From sequence record PZ534511.1: a stretch of 64,000 bases of DNA, one strand, 5' to 3'. A program made the translations under genes and the position numbers. A model generated the notes under the pieces. That model ran no database searches. It was given only the letters and a program-made list of their open reading frames with translations, and was not told where the DNA came from. The first letter of the stretch is position 1. Every line of letters begins with the position of its first letter. The stretch is from a phage. Below, piece after piece: positions 1 through 10,142 of the stretch.

Positions 1-3000
1 TTGAGAAGTTGTAAGTTCCGTTATAAGTGTGTGTCCCTGAGAATGTGACATCTGCCTTCCCGTAAGAGATGCAAACCAACGCATACTTCCTGTCAGGCAA
101 CGTTTCTCCAGTCTCTGGGTGAGTTTTACCTACCTGGAACACACTCGGGTCAGTAGAGTCGTGACTATCACTAACGGAGCTTGGACCGCCCATCAACTGT
201 GACAAACAATTCCTTACCCATGTCCAGTTATTATCGCTGGAGAAGTCCACAGTCAAATCAAACACAACCCACTCATTTGGCTTCCACACAGGTGTTGCAA
301 TGGACTTGCCTACACCGCCTCCTTGGAGTGTTGCCGACTGTTCGGTGATCAGTGCCGCATAGGCCAGAGTTCCTAAACTCAGAGTCTGGCTTGCTGTCCT
401 CACTACCTTAGAATCAGCATCTGTGAAGTTGTTGATGATTTGGAATGTGCCATAAGTGTTTTTACAGGTAATTCTGGCGTTCAGCGTGTCAATCTTCCTC
501 ACATCTGCCATAGCAGTGTTAGACACAGAGAAGTCAGAAGCTTTAGCTGAGTTTGCCGCAACAGCAGGATCAACGTTAAGAGTTGCGTTGAACTGACAGG
601 CAGGGGTAACCAGCAGCTTGTTATCACCTATTTGCTTCCATGAAATACTTTGGACAGGTAGATTCCATTTAATACCTGAGAAAACTTTAGCAACCCTTGG
701 CCCCAAAGCTCCAGTCCTGTTGTCTTTACAGCACATAGACATGGTGATCGTTGACGGAGTTGCCTGACCGAACAATTCCTGTGCTTTTGCAGAGGACATG
801 GTGTAGAAATTGTCCTTAACAAACTCATCAGCGGCTAAAGATCCATCAGCCCTCCACCACTGGACCTGATACCCTGTTTTATCCCAGCCTCCAACCTGCT
901 TCAAGTCCTCCCAAGAGATTTCCAGATCCCCCGTGGTAGGGTTGATTGCAGCAGTTCCTGGTGTACCGGATGACCACAATGGGATATCAAACCACGCAGG
1001 TTTAACAGATTGCACTGCATTAGGACCTATTGCAGCAGCAAGTTGTTGACCCATCAGCACGCGAGCATCTTTCACCAGGCCCCATTCTATCATAGACCCA
1101 GAGTAACCTTCTTTCTTGTAGGCAGAGGATCCGTTCAAATGGATGAGCCTGCTGCAGTCGAAGCCATACGCTCCACCACCGTTAGGATCTGCAAAGTTGG
1201 TTATGATTCTATCCCTAATATTTTTCCATGCCCTACCTCCAATCTCGTAGTCATGGTCATAACATCTTTGCAACGTTGTCCAGCAAATGATTGCCATTCT
1301 TCTGCCGCCTGTGAACCCGAAAGCGCCGTCATTCAGCTCTTTCCACAGGTAACAGTTGGTTGTCCACATAGCCCTGTGGATATTGAACCAGTTTATAGAT
1401 TTGGCTGAGTTGTTCCACTGAGTCCCAGGTAATTCAGGCCACACTGCATTGACTAGCATGTCCTCTGTACCGGCATCTATTAAGAAGCCTCTTACCTTCT
1501 TGCCCATACCTACCCTGTCTTTAGCAATCCAATTGCCAAACAGTCTCAGTTTTGGACCATAAACAACATCCTCTGGGTGCTCAAAAGAGACATACTTTAA
1601 GTAGATTGTTGGGTCACCGTAGGTGCCATCACAAACACTTTTGTGCATGTTTTCGCCAAGGTCTAGACGAAGCCCCGTCACTACTTTAGACGTGTCGGTG
1701 AATTTGTCTGTTAAGTCAAATTCATACCACCACCACCCACCACCTAGCATAAATTTCTTGCATCGCACAGCGTCTGTGTCAGATATTCTCTTATCCCCTG
1801 CAAAAGGTGAATCAGCAAACTGATAGTGCAGAGCAGTCTCAAATAGGTGGGTGGAAGTTCCGTTCTCTGCAAGAACTTGCTTACCTATCAGATCGCACTT
1901 AATGATCATCACAACACGCTTGTATCCGTTTGTTACCGGAACTTGCATAGATATGGATGTTCCATCCATGTTCGATCTTAGATCACTCATGATGATATAG
2001 GGGTCGACAGCGTTGCCTAAAGTTTCAGGCCCTGGAATTATCTTGTATTTCTTGACCTGGCCCATAAATCTGTCACTGGCGTAAGTTGCAGCCTCAAAAC
2101 AAGAGCCACCACCAGGTAATTCTCCAGGTCCCCAGAAAAATGCCCCATAGCAGTTATAGAACCACTTATTAGGGTCGTATTTGTTCTTGAAGGTCTGGAC
2201 CTCGTTGGCCTGTTTTGTCAAGAAAACCTGCGTGTCTGTGAAGATTGCAGGGTTTACTCTCGCCTGTCTTGGAGGGTAACCTGTAGTTTGGTTAAACCAC
2301 AAATTACAAGAGTAATCCCTCATATAGTCATAATCAGAGTATTTGTTTACATCTTCGTTCCAACACATGTTTAGGTTGGTACCGCCCATGCATACAATAT
2401 ATTCTGCGACATACTTATCACTTCTGGTAGGAATACCTATGAACCATCTGTTAACAGGCTCATCCCAAGCTGTGCGCTCATCTTTAACGCAGATAGCAAT
2501 CCAGTCATGTGTTCCTGTTTTCTTGCACACATCTCGCTTCATACCATAGTAGAACTCTTTAGTATTCGGCTCAGGTGCATTTATCAGGTAACTCCATGCC
2601 TGATTTGCATAAGTTCCATTGGTGCGTGGATCATGATCAAAGGCATACATGATGATCCTTTCCCCACCAAGATGTTCGCCAAGAGTAACTTTGACATTCA
2701 CATCGCCGTAACCATTGCGAACAACATCCATATTATCAATAGAGATACCTCTGGGCGTGTAGGCAATTTTCAGCGAGTTATCTTCACTAGTGCCGCCAAG
2801 TGTAATCCCTATGTTGTTTGTTGTCCCGTCGACATATCTTACTGTAGCTTCCCAGCGTATTCCGAAATACCCTGCATCATGGCTGACAATTTTCAGTGTA
2901 CGAGCTCCTGGGTGAGGTTTTCCAGGATCAGGCCAAGGGTCTGGGTGTTCGTGAACAGTCAACGACGTTCCGTTCTGCTCATTAACCTGCAACATTTTAC

Positions 3001-4948
3001 CACCCTTGCCATTAGGATTGAACTCCCACAAGGCTTGTGTTTTCACAATATTGTCATACGTGGCGCGTCTTTGATCGTAGATCTCTTGGGTCACATCATA
3101 AGTGACTGATCCAGCATCCATTCTGTGGAGTCTGACCATATACGATGTATCCCCTTCTACTGCAGGCTGGGTCCCATTCAGCCCAAAGTATACAGTATCA
3201 TTAACATGGAACTGTTTGTTTCTACCGACAGTATGCCATTTACCATCAGACGGGTACGCAGGAACTATGGTGTTCCAGTTCAAAGTCCTTGTCGTATGGG
3301 TTCTGCCTGTGCCATGCTTGTCATGATAGGTTATTTTTACAGAGTACAGGCCACGTCTGTTAACATTTCTGTTATACTGGGTGACAACAACTTCATTGGC
3401 CCCTCCGTGGTTCCAGTTGGTGGAGAATTGGTAATTTGCATCTGTAACAACCGTGCCTGCAGCATTTACCAGTTCAATCTTGTCAATAATGAACGTAGCC
3501 CCCTCTGGCTGAGGCTTCAATTTCATCTTGACCGTGTCACCAATGTAAATATTGCTAACGCTGCTAACACCGTTAACGTCGAAAATATCCTCAACACCCC
3601 AACTGTCTACCGGGACATTTTTATACCAATTCTCCGGAATCTCTGTGAACCCTTGGCTGTTAAGTCTGCCGCCAAAGAGGTTATTAGATCCTGTAAAACT
3701 TCCCCTTGGGATACCTGACCACCAAAGTTTACCATTAACAACAGTAAAGGTACCTAAGAAACCTTCTCTGTGGATGCCTTGGAAATAAACACTCTCTGTC
3801 CAGCTGACTGGCAGGCGTTGCTCAACATATTTAGCTGTAGCAAGAGCTTGATAGTGGATAAAATCGGCCCTAGGACTATTGTTTGCAGATTGTGCACCAA
3901 TATCATTACATAAGTTGCGAGAGAACCCACGATACTGCTTAGTGCCATTATTGAAGAAAATGCCACTTGTGCCGTACCCACGAGCCATCATTACCTCATG
4001 GGTGTAGGTGATATTCAGTTCCCGCCATGTATCATCTCCCCAAATGTTTTGACCATAAAATACGTTAACAAGCTGCTGGTCATCGGGTCTATGCATCCTC
4101 TGTGTAGCAATTACTGCCCCGTTAGGACCACACATAAACCCTTTCCACTCCTCATCTGCAGGAATGCCCCTCAAATCGTTACGAGTAATCTGCACAGGAG
4201 GCCAAACAAGGTCGTTTCTACTGTTATTTCTCAGAAAGTCGTAACCTGCAATCCAGAATCCGTTAGGACCACCAAAAATAACCGAGTTGTCATGAACTTC
4301 ACAATTAATTCTTGGATTTTTCCAAGGACCTGTCTCTGGACTTTCAGATGTTTCACCGATCTTAACTGGAGTAGCGTGTTGACTTTTGTCAACATGAAGA
4401 GAGCCGTAAGTATTATTGCCAGAGCCGTACAGGTGAAGCATACCATCAGCCTCTGGTGCAGCAATTACCCACACGGTATTGTTTACGCCACCCATTACTT
4501 CAACAAGTCTCTCAGGATGGGTGTCCAAATGCAACCCTGTTACGATCTGTTCCGGCAAAGGTGTCCACTCTCTGACACAAACATCGTTTCCACCTGCTGC
4601 CTCCGATCCGATAAGACCAGCTGTGCAACCAATATAGAAAAATTTATTATCGAATGTGCGGATTACAAATGCACGGTCAGCTCTCCAAACATGGTCTACG
4701 TTCCAAGCTGCCTCATTAGGATAGTTTATTGTATCAAGATCTCCAGTCCGACACTCTCCGAACCTATTATAGCCAGTAATATTAAGCTGACCATCATCAA
4801 AAAGTATAGCTAAGCTATTTACATAGGATACTGTGTTGCTTGTACCATCACTGTTGTCTATTGGGTATGACAGAACAGCAAGTTCCTTAATTCCACCCCT
4901 CTTATCGAGGAAATGACGACCAAGTTTTAGCAAAGGGATTGGAAGCAT
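1..4948 (-). CDS. giant tail fiber/tailspike-like structural protein, N-terminal >=1649 codons (stop lies beyond window start)
   Basis: Minus-strand frame open from ATG (plus 4946-4948, GGAG RBS at 4955-4958) to position 1; manual translation begins MLPIPLLKLGRHFLDKRGGIKELAVLSYP; absent from ORF track, which appears to list only ORFs with an in-window stop; plus-strand ORFs 1010-4813 are Cys/Ile-rich antisense shadows. Confidence 0.6.
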   Translation of the reverse strand, partial: MLPIPLLKLGRHFLDKRGGIKELAVLSYPIDNSDGTSNTVSYVNSLAILFDDGQLNITGYNRFGECRTGDLDTINYPNEAAWNVDHVWRADRAFVIRTFDNKFFYIGCTAGLIGSEAAGGNDVCVREWTPLPEQIVTGLHLDTHPERLVEVMGGVNNTVWVIAAPEADGMLHLYGSGNNTYGSLHVDKSQHATPVKIGETSESPETGPWKNPRINCEVHDNSVIFGGPNGFWIAGYDFLRNNSRNDLVWPPVQITRNDLRGIPADEEWKGFMCGPNGAVIATQRMHRPDDQQLVNVFYGQNIWGDDTWRELNITYTHEVMMARGYGTSGIFFNNGTKQYRGFSRNLCNDIGAQSANNSPRADFIHYQALATAKYVEQRLPVSWTESVYFQGIHREGFLGTFTVVNGKLWWSGIPRGSFTGSNNLFGGRLNSQGFTEIPENWYKNVPVDSWGVEDIFDVNGVSSVSNIYIGDTVKMKLKPQPEGATFIIDKIELVNAAGTVVTDANYQFSTNWNHGGANEVVVTQYNRNVNRRGLYSVKITYHDKHGTGRTHTTRTLNWNTIVPAYPSDGKWHTVGRNKQFHVNDTVYFGLNGTQPAVEGDTSYMVRLHRMDAGSVTYDVTQEIYDQRRATYDNIVKTQALWEFNPNGKGGKMLQVNEQNGTSLTVHEHPDPWPDPGKPHPGARTLKIVSHDAGYFGIRWEATVRYVDGTTNNIGITLGGTSEDNSLKIAYTPRGISIDNMDVVRNGYGDVNVKVTLGEHLGGERIIMYAFDHDPRTNGTYANQAWSYLINAPEPNTKEFYYGMKRDVCKKTGTHDWIAICVKDERTAWDEPVNRWFIGIPTRSDKYVAEYIVCMGGTNLNMCWNEDVNKYSDYDYMRDYSCNLWFNQTTGYPPRQARVNPAIFTDTQVFLTKQANEVQTFKNKYDPNKWFYNCYGAFFWGPGELPGGGSCFEAATYASDRFMGQVKKYKIIPGPETLGNAVDPYIIMSDLRSNMDGTSISMQVPVTNGYKRVVMIIKCDLIGKQVLAENGTSTHLFETALHYQFADSPFAGDKRISDTDAVRCKKFMLGGGWWWYEFDLTDKFTDTSKVVTGLRLDLGENMHKSVCDGTYGDPTIYLKYVSFEHPEDVVYGPKLRLFGNWIAKDRVGMGKKVRGFLIDAGTEDMLVNAVWPELPGTQWNNSAKSINWFNIHRAMWTTNCYLWKELNDGAFGFTGGRRMAIICWTTLQRCYDHDYEIGGRAWKNIRDRIITNFADPNGGGAYGFDCSRLIHLNGSSAYKKEGYSGSMIEWGLVKDARVLMGQQLAAAIGPNAVQSVKPAWFDIPLWSSGTPGTAAINPTTGDLEISWEDLKQVGGWDKTGYQVQWWRADGSLAADEFVKDNFYTMSSAKAQELFGQATPSTITMSMCCKDNRTGALGPRVAKVFSGIKWNLPVQSISWKQIGDNKLLVTPACQFNATLNVDPAVAANSAKASDFSVSNTAMADVRKIDTLNARITCKNTYGTFQIINNFTDADSKVVRTASQTLSLGTLAYAALITEQSATLQGGGVGKSIATPVWKPNEWVVFDLTVDFSSDNNWTWVRNCLSQLMGGPSSVSDSHDSTDPSVFQVGKTHPETGETLPDRKYALVCISYGKADVTFSGTHTYNGTYNFS

Positions 4949-4957
4949 TGTGTTCTC

Positions 4958-4989
4958 CAGATAAGAAAACCGCCCCGTCAGGAGCGGTT
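4958..4989 (-). terminator. rho-independent terminator after 4999..6744 gene
   Basis: Inverted repeat aaccgc/gcggtt (4968-4973 / 4984-4989) with 10-nt loop, followed on the minus-strand RNA by GUUUUCUUAU. Confidence 0.5.
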
Positions 4990-4998
4990 AGATATATA

Positions 4999-6744
4999 TT
5001 AACGTTGTGCAATTACTACGTCTACGATATCACCAACACCACAATATGTTAATTGCAGCAAGGTAACACTATTAGCCTTGTTATTAATAACAGGCGTTGC
5101 CGACAGGATAGCATACTTATCGTGCAAAGTCACGTTGTGACCTACAGCATCCTGAATGACATAGATAACCGCAGTGAATGGATAAGGTTTATCTTCCGCT
5201 GATGTACCAGGCCATTGTCCTATTGTAAAATCCCCTTTCGCGTGGACAACATACATACTGGCCTGCCCGTTAGGTGTCCATGTCCCACTGGACGCGTCAA
5301 CCTCCTCTAAATCAAAATCTACCTTTCCTGCGTGGAAAGTAGGGGCAGTAATGGTTTTACCCGCCTCAATTTCTTGAGAGGTGGTTATCTTGCCACTGGA
5401 GTTAATGCCATTACAAACAAAGTTGACATTAGAGAAGTCTGGCAGCCACCCAGTCACTGTGCCGGATATTTCAAGGTTGTGAAGGTAGGTGGTGCCCGTC
5501 CCTGCTGCGTTTAAACTAACATCTCCATTTACCTGCAAGTTTCTGGTAACGTTGCAGTTTTCAGAGTTTGCAGTTGTTGCAGTTAAAGTAGTGGTTGTCA
5601 GCTCGGTAATTACACCTTTGTTGGCTGTAAGCCCTTCCCCTTCAAAAGTTGCACGCTCATTGACTCTTAGGGTATTCAGAGCTATGTTTTGGATAGAGGC
5701 TGTACCTCGAATAACTACAGATCCGCCAACTTCTAAATCACCATTTATTAATGCGTCCCCCGTGCTTTCAATATAGCTAGGGTAAATCATGGTGCCATCG
5801 ACAGAGTAGGTTATCCCTGTAACAGTGCCTGTCACCTCAAGGTTCTTAACCCTGGTGGTTCCATCTACCTGCAATGTCGGTTCGGTTGCTGCCTTCATGG
5901 CATTACCACGAATGTACACGTAGTCAAAAAAGTTATTACCTAGACCATCAAAATGCACATCGTTATTATTAGCCACTGGTTTCCCAGAAGTTATAGTGTC
6001 AGCTATAACCCTGTGGGTGGACACTTCATGAGGTTGCAGCTCTGTGCTTCTCCAGTCTGCATGCTTAGGATCACTCCACGCAAAAGTAAGTGTAGAAGTA
6101 TTTGCCGTGAGGATTAGGTTCCTGAAGCGTGCAGTAGAATCTGCTCCATTAACAGGCCCATGTAAGGTGAGTGTGCCACCAACTATAGTGTTAGCAAGTT
6201 CTGTAAGACCTTTTACCACCAAAGATCCTACAGTAACTTTCATTCCCTCCATGGCTTCAAATATGCTATCCACATAGTCAACAACAAACTCTGTGTTTGC
6301 TATAGACTCGGATTTGTCGTCCATTGGAGGCGTAGGTACTCGCGGGTCACCTTCGAACCTCGGACTGTTAAGTTTTGCGTAGTATTTTGCCATTACTGCA
6401 GAATCGGTATATAATCTCCAGTTTGGAGATTGTGAAGGATCTGCTGGCATTCTAACCGGGTTAGATTTTGATGCTGCGGGAGCGTACCACCACTGAGGGC
6501 CTGTGTCCCCTTTAAACTCGTACAGCTGGTTAAAAACTGTTGTGGATGCACCATACGCCCAAGGGATCGGTGGCGTTTTAAAATAAAGGGTGTCAAGCAT
6601 GGCTTTTCGTACCGTAGGGATGGTGGTCCCATCCTCTACGACAACTTCATCCACAGCGTTACCGTTGACAATCAGGTGCAAACGTTCAGAATCAACAATT
6701 ACTTGATCTACCGCCTGCTCAAAGCTTGTCATGTCTTGCGCCAT
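4999..6744 (-). CDS. tail fiber/tailspike protein (581 aa)
   Basis: ORF track; Thr/Gly/Asn-rich beta-structure-like repeats (TGTVTGITYSVDG, LEISGTVTGW); position in fiber gene cluster. Confidence 0.5.
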   Translation of the reverse strand: MAQDMTSFEQAVDQVIVDSERLHLIVNGNAVDEVVVEDGTTIPTVRKAMLDTLYFKTPPIPWAYGASTTVFNQLYEFKGDTGPQWWYAPAASKSNPVRMPADPSQSPNWRLYTDSAVMAKYYAKLNSPRFEGDPRVPTPPMDDKSESIANTEFVVDYVDSIFEAMEGMKVTVGSLVVKGLTELANTIVGGTLTLHGPVNGADSTARFRNLILTANTSTLTFAWSDPKHADWRSTELQPHEVSTHRVIADTITSGKPVANNNDVHFDGLGNNFFDYVYIRGNAMKAATEPTLQVDGTTRVKNLEVTGTVTGITYSVDGTMIYPSYIESTGDALINGDLEVGGSVVIRGTASIQNIALNTLRVNERATFEGEGLTANKGVITELTTTTLTATTANSENCNVTRNLQVNGDVSLNAAGTGTTYLHNLEISGTVTGWLPDFSNVNFVCNGINSSGKITTSQEIEAGKTITAPTFHAGKVDFDLEEVDASSGTWTPNGQASMYVVHAKGDFTIGQWPGTSAEDKPYPFTAVIYVIQDAVGHNVTLHDKYAILSATPVINNKANSVTLLQLTYCGVGDIVDVVIAQR

Positions 6745-6753
6745 GATTTCTCC

Positions 6754-7020
6754 TTAAGCTTTTTGCTCTTCGTTTTTAACGTGGTCAGGGTGCTGGCAAC
6801 CCCACCGGAGCGAGATGAATTTGCTAATAAGCTGGGGGCAAGCTACTGAAGGCGCGTATATCCACGCATACCATTCAGGAAGCGTATCATTATACCCCAT
6901 ATGAATAAACACCCCAGTCATCACCGCCATGCCTATGTTCGACCATAGCTTAGATTGGGACACTTTCGTAGGGTCATCAGATGCCGCAACCAGTCCCCAT
7001 AAAAACTGAGTTAGTTTCAT
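6754..7020 (-). CDS. small membrane protein, two predicted TM segments and charged C-terminus (holin-like topology)
   Basis: 88 aa; hydrophobic stretches WSNIGMAVMTGVFIHMGY and YAWIYAPSVACPQLISKFISL, C-terminal HPDHVKNEEQKA; ATG at 7018-7020 with GAGGG RBS. Confidence 0.3.
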   Translation of the reverse strand: MKLTQFLWGLVAASDDPTKVSQSKLWSNIGMAVMTGVFIHMGYNDTLPEWYAWIYAPSVACPQLISKFISLRWGCQHPDHVKNEEQKA

Positions 7021-7031
7021 TTACCCTCTTT

Positions 7032-8078
7032 TTAAGCATAAGATATAGTGATCCATTGACCATTTACAAGTTTTTGGATAGCACCTGTCCAGTAATCACC
7101 TTGATAAGGGTGTTTATAAGCGTAGTTACCAGAGCACATCACATGTCCAGGGTAGACTCTTGACTCTCTGTAGGTGGTTTTAAAACGGTTTGCTATCCTT
7201 ACATCATCAACCCCTCTGCTAGGCATAGGGATAGTAAGGTTACCGCTACTGTCTGCGCCGTTACCATTTACCCTGCGGACCACGTTTCTTCCACCAACTG
7301 TTGCATATTGGCCCCTGACGGTTTCATCGTTACAATCAACTCTTCCACCTATTTGAGCGCTTCCGCAGGATTGTTGTCCATTAACAGTGGCTCTTGGTAT
7401 CGTGACCGCATTGGCATTTGCAGAGGAACTTTTTGCATCGTTGCATTCAAGATTTCCTTGGATAGCCAGTCTTGCACGGTTGGCAGTTATAGCATTGAGC
7501 TTCATAGCTGAAAACACAGGCTGCCCACCAGAAGGTTGAAATCTCCAACGGAACCCATCTATTTGGTGAGAAGGATCATCAAGGTCTGTGCCGTCAGCAC
7601 CACCGATGTTGTCCATAATCCAGAAATCCATCGTCGTCTTGTCTGGAGTTATGGTGGTATATATTGCCGCACTGTCTGTTGACGCAGATGCAAACTCGAT
7701 TCTTTGAAGACCTAAAGTTTGAGTCTGAGTCATTATGTCTCCAGACTTGTCAACATATAGATCGTCCATTTCTTCAGGTGAGTATACATTGAGAACTTGA
7801 CGTGCAGCAGCTTTGTCTGGAACGTCTGCTAGATTATTAGTGACCCTTAAGAATCTATTATCCCATCCTGGGACAACATCTTCTGTTAAATGCTTCAACC
7901 ACGCAGAAAGCATGTGAAGTTCAAAGTTAACAACTTCACATGCCATTCTTTGTGTCATATCCCAACCTTTCAATCTCTCTTCTTTTTTTGGTTGAGATTT
8001 ATTCAACTCTCCCGTATTTTCAAGCACAACATCCTGATTGGCCCAAATATCAAGAGGGATAACTGGTTTAGTCATCAC
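7032..8078 (-). CDS. tail fiber/receptor-binding protein, paralog A (348 aa)
   Basis: N-terminus (MMTKPVIPLDIWANQDVVLENTGELNKSQP) and C-terminus (QKLVNGQWITISYA) clearly paralogous to 9090..10130. Confidence 0.45.
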   Translation of the reverse strand: MMTKPVIPLDIWANQDVVLENTGELNKSQPKKEERLKGWDMTQRMACEVVNFELHMLSAWLKHLTEDVVPGWDNRFLRVTNNLADVPDKAAARQVLNVYSPEEMDDLYVDKSGDIMTQTQTLGLQRIEFASASTDSAAIYTTITPDKTTMDFWIMDNIGGADGTDLDDPSHQIDGFRWRFQPSGGQPVFSAMKLNAITANRARLAIQGNLECNDAKSSSANANAVTIPRATVNGQQSCGSAQIGGRVDCNDETVRGQYATVGGRNVVRRVNGNGADSSGNLTIPMPSRGVDDVRIANRFKTTYRESRVYPGHVMCSGNYAYKHPYQGDYWTGAIQKLVNGQWITISYA

Positions 8079-8164
8079 GTTCTCCTGAGAAAATTCCTTA
8101 GGACTATTTTAACACTTTAGAGAACAAAATGCAAGAACGGAGTCCTTTCCGTTCTGACCTTTGT

Positions 8165-8479
8165 TTACCTTTTACTATGCTCTACGAGCATGTGCAAAAT
8201 CTTTTGTACATCAGCTCGGATGCCGGAGACATCTGTCCTGACATCCTGCTTAAGGTCGTTAATATCGGCCTCTAGCTTGCTTAACCGAGTCTCGATAACG
8301 GAATCAAGTCTATCTTTTGTAACCATACTGTTTTTCACTAAGATGAGGTCTTTCTCCAGCTCATCCAACCTCTTGGAAATGCCTTTCCATTTGGTGTGCC
8401 ACTGGTTGAAAGCCCATACACAGATCGGGACAACGGTACCCATGCAGATACCGTACAATGCCGCCAAATCCAACTCCAC
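8165..8479 (-). CDS. membrane-anchored coiled-coil protein (104 aa)
   Basis: N-terminal hydrophobic segment GICMGTVVPICVWAF followed by heptad-like charged region. Confidence 0.3.
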   Translation of the reverse strand: MELDLAALYGICMGTVVPICVWAFNQWHTKWKGISKRLDELEKDLILVKNSMVTKDRLDSVIETRLSKLEADINDLKQDVRTDVSGIRADVQKILHMLVEHSKR

Positions 8480-8490
8480 AACACCTCCTC

Positions 8491-9075
8491 TTAGAGGGTA
8501 GGTCGCTCCGGGAAGAAAATGTCAGGGGCTTTAGATGTATCTATTTCAAGAAGTTTTACCCTGTACATTTTCAAATCTCTGATGTTACGTTTCTGGTCAT
8601 CAGTAAGATCATATTCAAGGTCAATCATGTCTTGATAGGCACCAATTCTAGCAGTAGCCCAAGCAAGTTCTGTCTCTATGACACCCTCTGCCTGTTGAAC
8701 AAAGAATTCATTGTCTGTGACAAATTCATCACCAACTAAACGCAAAGCGTCGTGGTGAAGCATAATGTTTTCTGGTACCTCTTCTTTTTTGGCGATAACC
8801 ACACGAAGACCTGGAGCAGGCCATAAGGCATCAGGTTCTTCTGTAGATGTCTTAAGAATTCCCTTCTCGTCAACAAGTAGGAAGATACACCCTGGATTTT
8901 CTTGTCGTAATGTTCGTGACTGCACATACCAATCACCATCATCATTACGTAAAAAATACCCAGTGTATGCGGTGTAATCCTCGACCTCTTGAGGGGTCAG
9001 CTCCTTGGTTTCCTTGTTGGAGTAGTATTCGCCAGATCCCGGTTGGTAAAGTTTAAACTCTTGAAGTATTTTCAT
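8491..9075 (-). CDS. tail fiber assembly chaperone (Tfa-like)
   Basis: 194 aa directly downstream of a fiber gene; C-terminal region ELAWATARIGAYQDMIDLEYDLTDDQKRNIRDLKMYRVKLLEIDTSKAPDIFFPERP resembles lambda Tfa/Mu U family endings (from memory). Confidence 0.5.
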   Translation of the reverse strand: MKILQEFKLYQPGSGEYYSNKETKELTPQEVEDYTAYTGYFLRNDDGDWYVQSRTLRQENPGCIFLLVDEKGILKTSTEEPDALWPAPGLRVVIAKKEEVPENIMLHHDALRLVGDEFVTDNEFFVQQAEGVIETELAWATARIGAYQDMIDLEYDLTDDQKRNIRDLKMYRVKLLEIDTSKAPDIFFPERPTL

Positions 9076-9089
9076 GCTAGTCCTCCGAT

Positions 9090-10130
9090 CTATGCATAAT
9101 TAACAGTGATCCATTGACCATTTACAAGTTTTTGTAAAGGTCCTGCCCAGTAGGTTGAACCACGCATCTCTTTTTTGTCACCGAAATGCCAGCCTGTGAC
9201 AACGTAGCCGTTGCGGATTGGAGATTCAGAAACGCCGTCCACAAGTCTTGCACCGATTCTGATGTCTTGCACACCTGTCTGCGGGATAGTGATCGTTACA
9301 TCACCGTTACCGTTAGCCGTCACTCCATTCACGGAGCGCACCACATTTCTGTTACCGACAACACAGTGCTGGCTTCTTACAACCATACTGTCACAACTTG
9401 CACCACCATTAACATATACTGACCCAGCCGTCAACTGACTAGCCACATTACAGTTGGTGAATGTTGCTGTATTGCTGATAGTAAGGTTATTGCACCTCAT
9501 GTTATCGACAACTTCAACATTGCCTACCACTTTCAACAGCGCACGATTAGCCGTGATCGCGTTAAGGTACATCAAAGTGAACTCTGGATTAATATCCGGC
9601 TGAGTTGGCTGGAATCTCCAACGAAACGCATCTACTGTAGATGTACCACCATCATCAAACGACCCGGTATTATCACTTAACCCAAAGTCGAGAGTTGTCT
9701 TATCTGGGCCAATAGTTGTCTCTATCCAAGCCTTATCTGTCTCGGCAGCTTTAAAGTTGATACGTTGCAACCCCAAGGGGCCTGTCATTGTATCACCTGT
9801 AACTTTTACATACCTGGCGTCTGCCTCTTCCTTAGTGATAATCCCAAGGTTTCTACGGGCAACAGGGATGTTCAAAAGATCGCTCAAGTTATTATCACGT
9901 ACCAGATAACGGCCTTCTTGAGCGGGGATCTGCTCGTCAGCAATGTATTTTGCCCAAGTTCCGAGCATATTGAAAATATAGTTAAGTTCTTCACAGGATG
10001 GCTTTTGACCAAGATCCCAACCTTTTCTCCACAAATCATCAATCGGGCGTAGCCTGTTCTGTCTGTGGGTGTTAGGCAGAACCTGATCCTCCTCTGCCCA
10101 AATCTCTAATGGAAAACTAGGTTTTGACAT
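9090..10130 (-). CDS. tail fiber/receptor-binding protein, paralog B (346 aa)
   Basis: Shares N- and C-terminal segments with 7032..8078 (MSKPSFPLEIWAEEDQVLPNT ... QKLVNGQWITVNYA); divergent central region. Confidence 0.45.
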   Translation of the reverse strand: MSKPSFPLEIWAEEDQVLPNTHRQNRLRPIDDLWRKGWDLGQKPSCEELNYIFNMLGTWAKYIADEQIPAQEGRYLVRDNNLSDLLNIPVARRNLGIITKEEADARYVKVTGDTMTGPLGLQRINFKAAETDKAWIETTIGPDKTTLDFGLSDNTGSFDDGGTSTVDAFRWRFQPTQPDINPEFTLMYLNAITANRALLKVVGNVEVVDNMRCNNLTISNTATFTNCNVASQLTAGSVYVNGGASCDSMVVRSQHCVVGNRNVVRSVNGVTANGNGDVTITIPQTGVQDIRIGARLVDGVSESPIRNGYVVTGWHFGDKKEMRGSTYWAGPLQKLVNGQWITVNYA

Positions 10131-10142
10131 TTTATCTCCTGA

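Noticed and set aside
1010-4813. Plus-strand ORFs (up to 271 aa) listed by the track across the first 5 kb
   Set aside because: Cys/Ile/Phe-rich low-complexity translations typical of antisense reading; the minus strand carries one continuous open frame with ATG and RBS at 4948.
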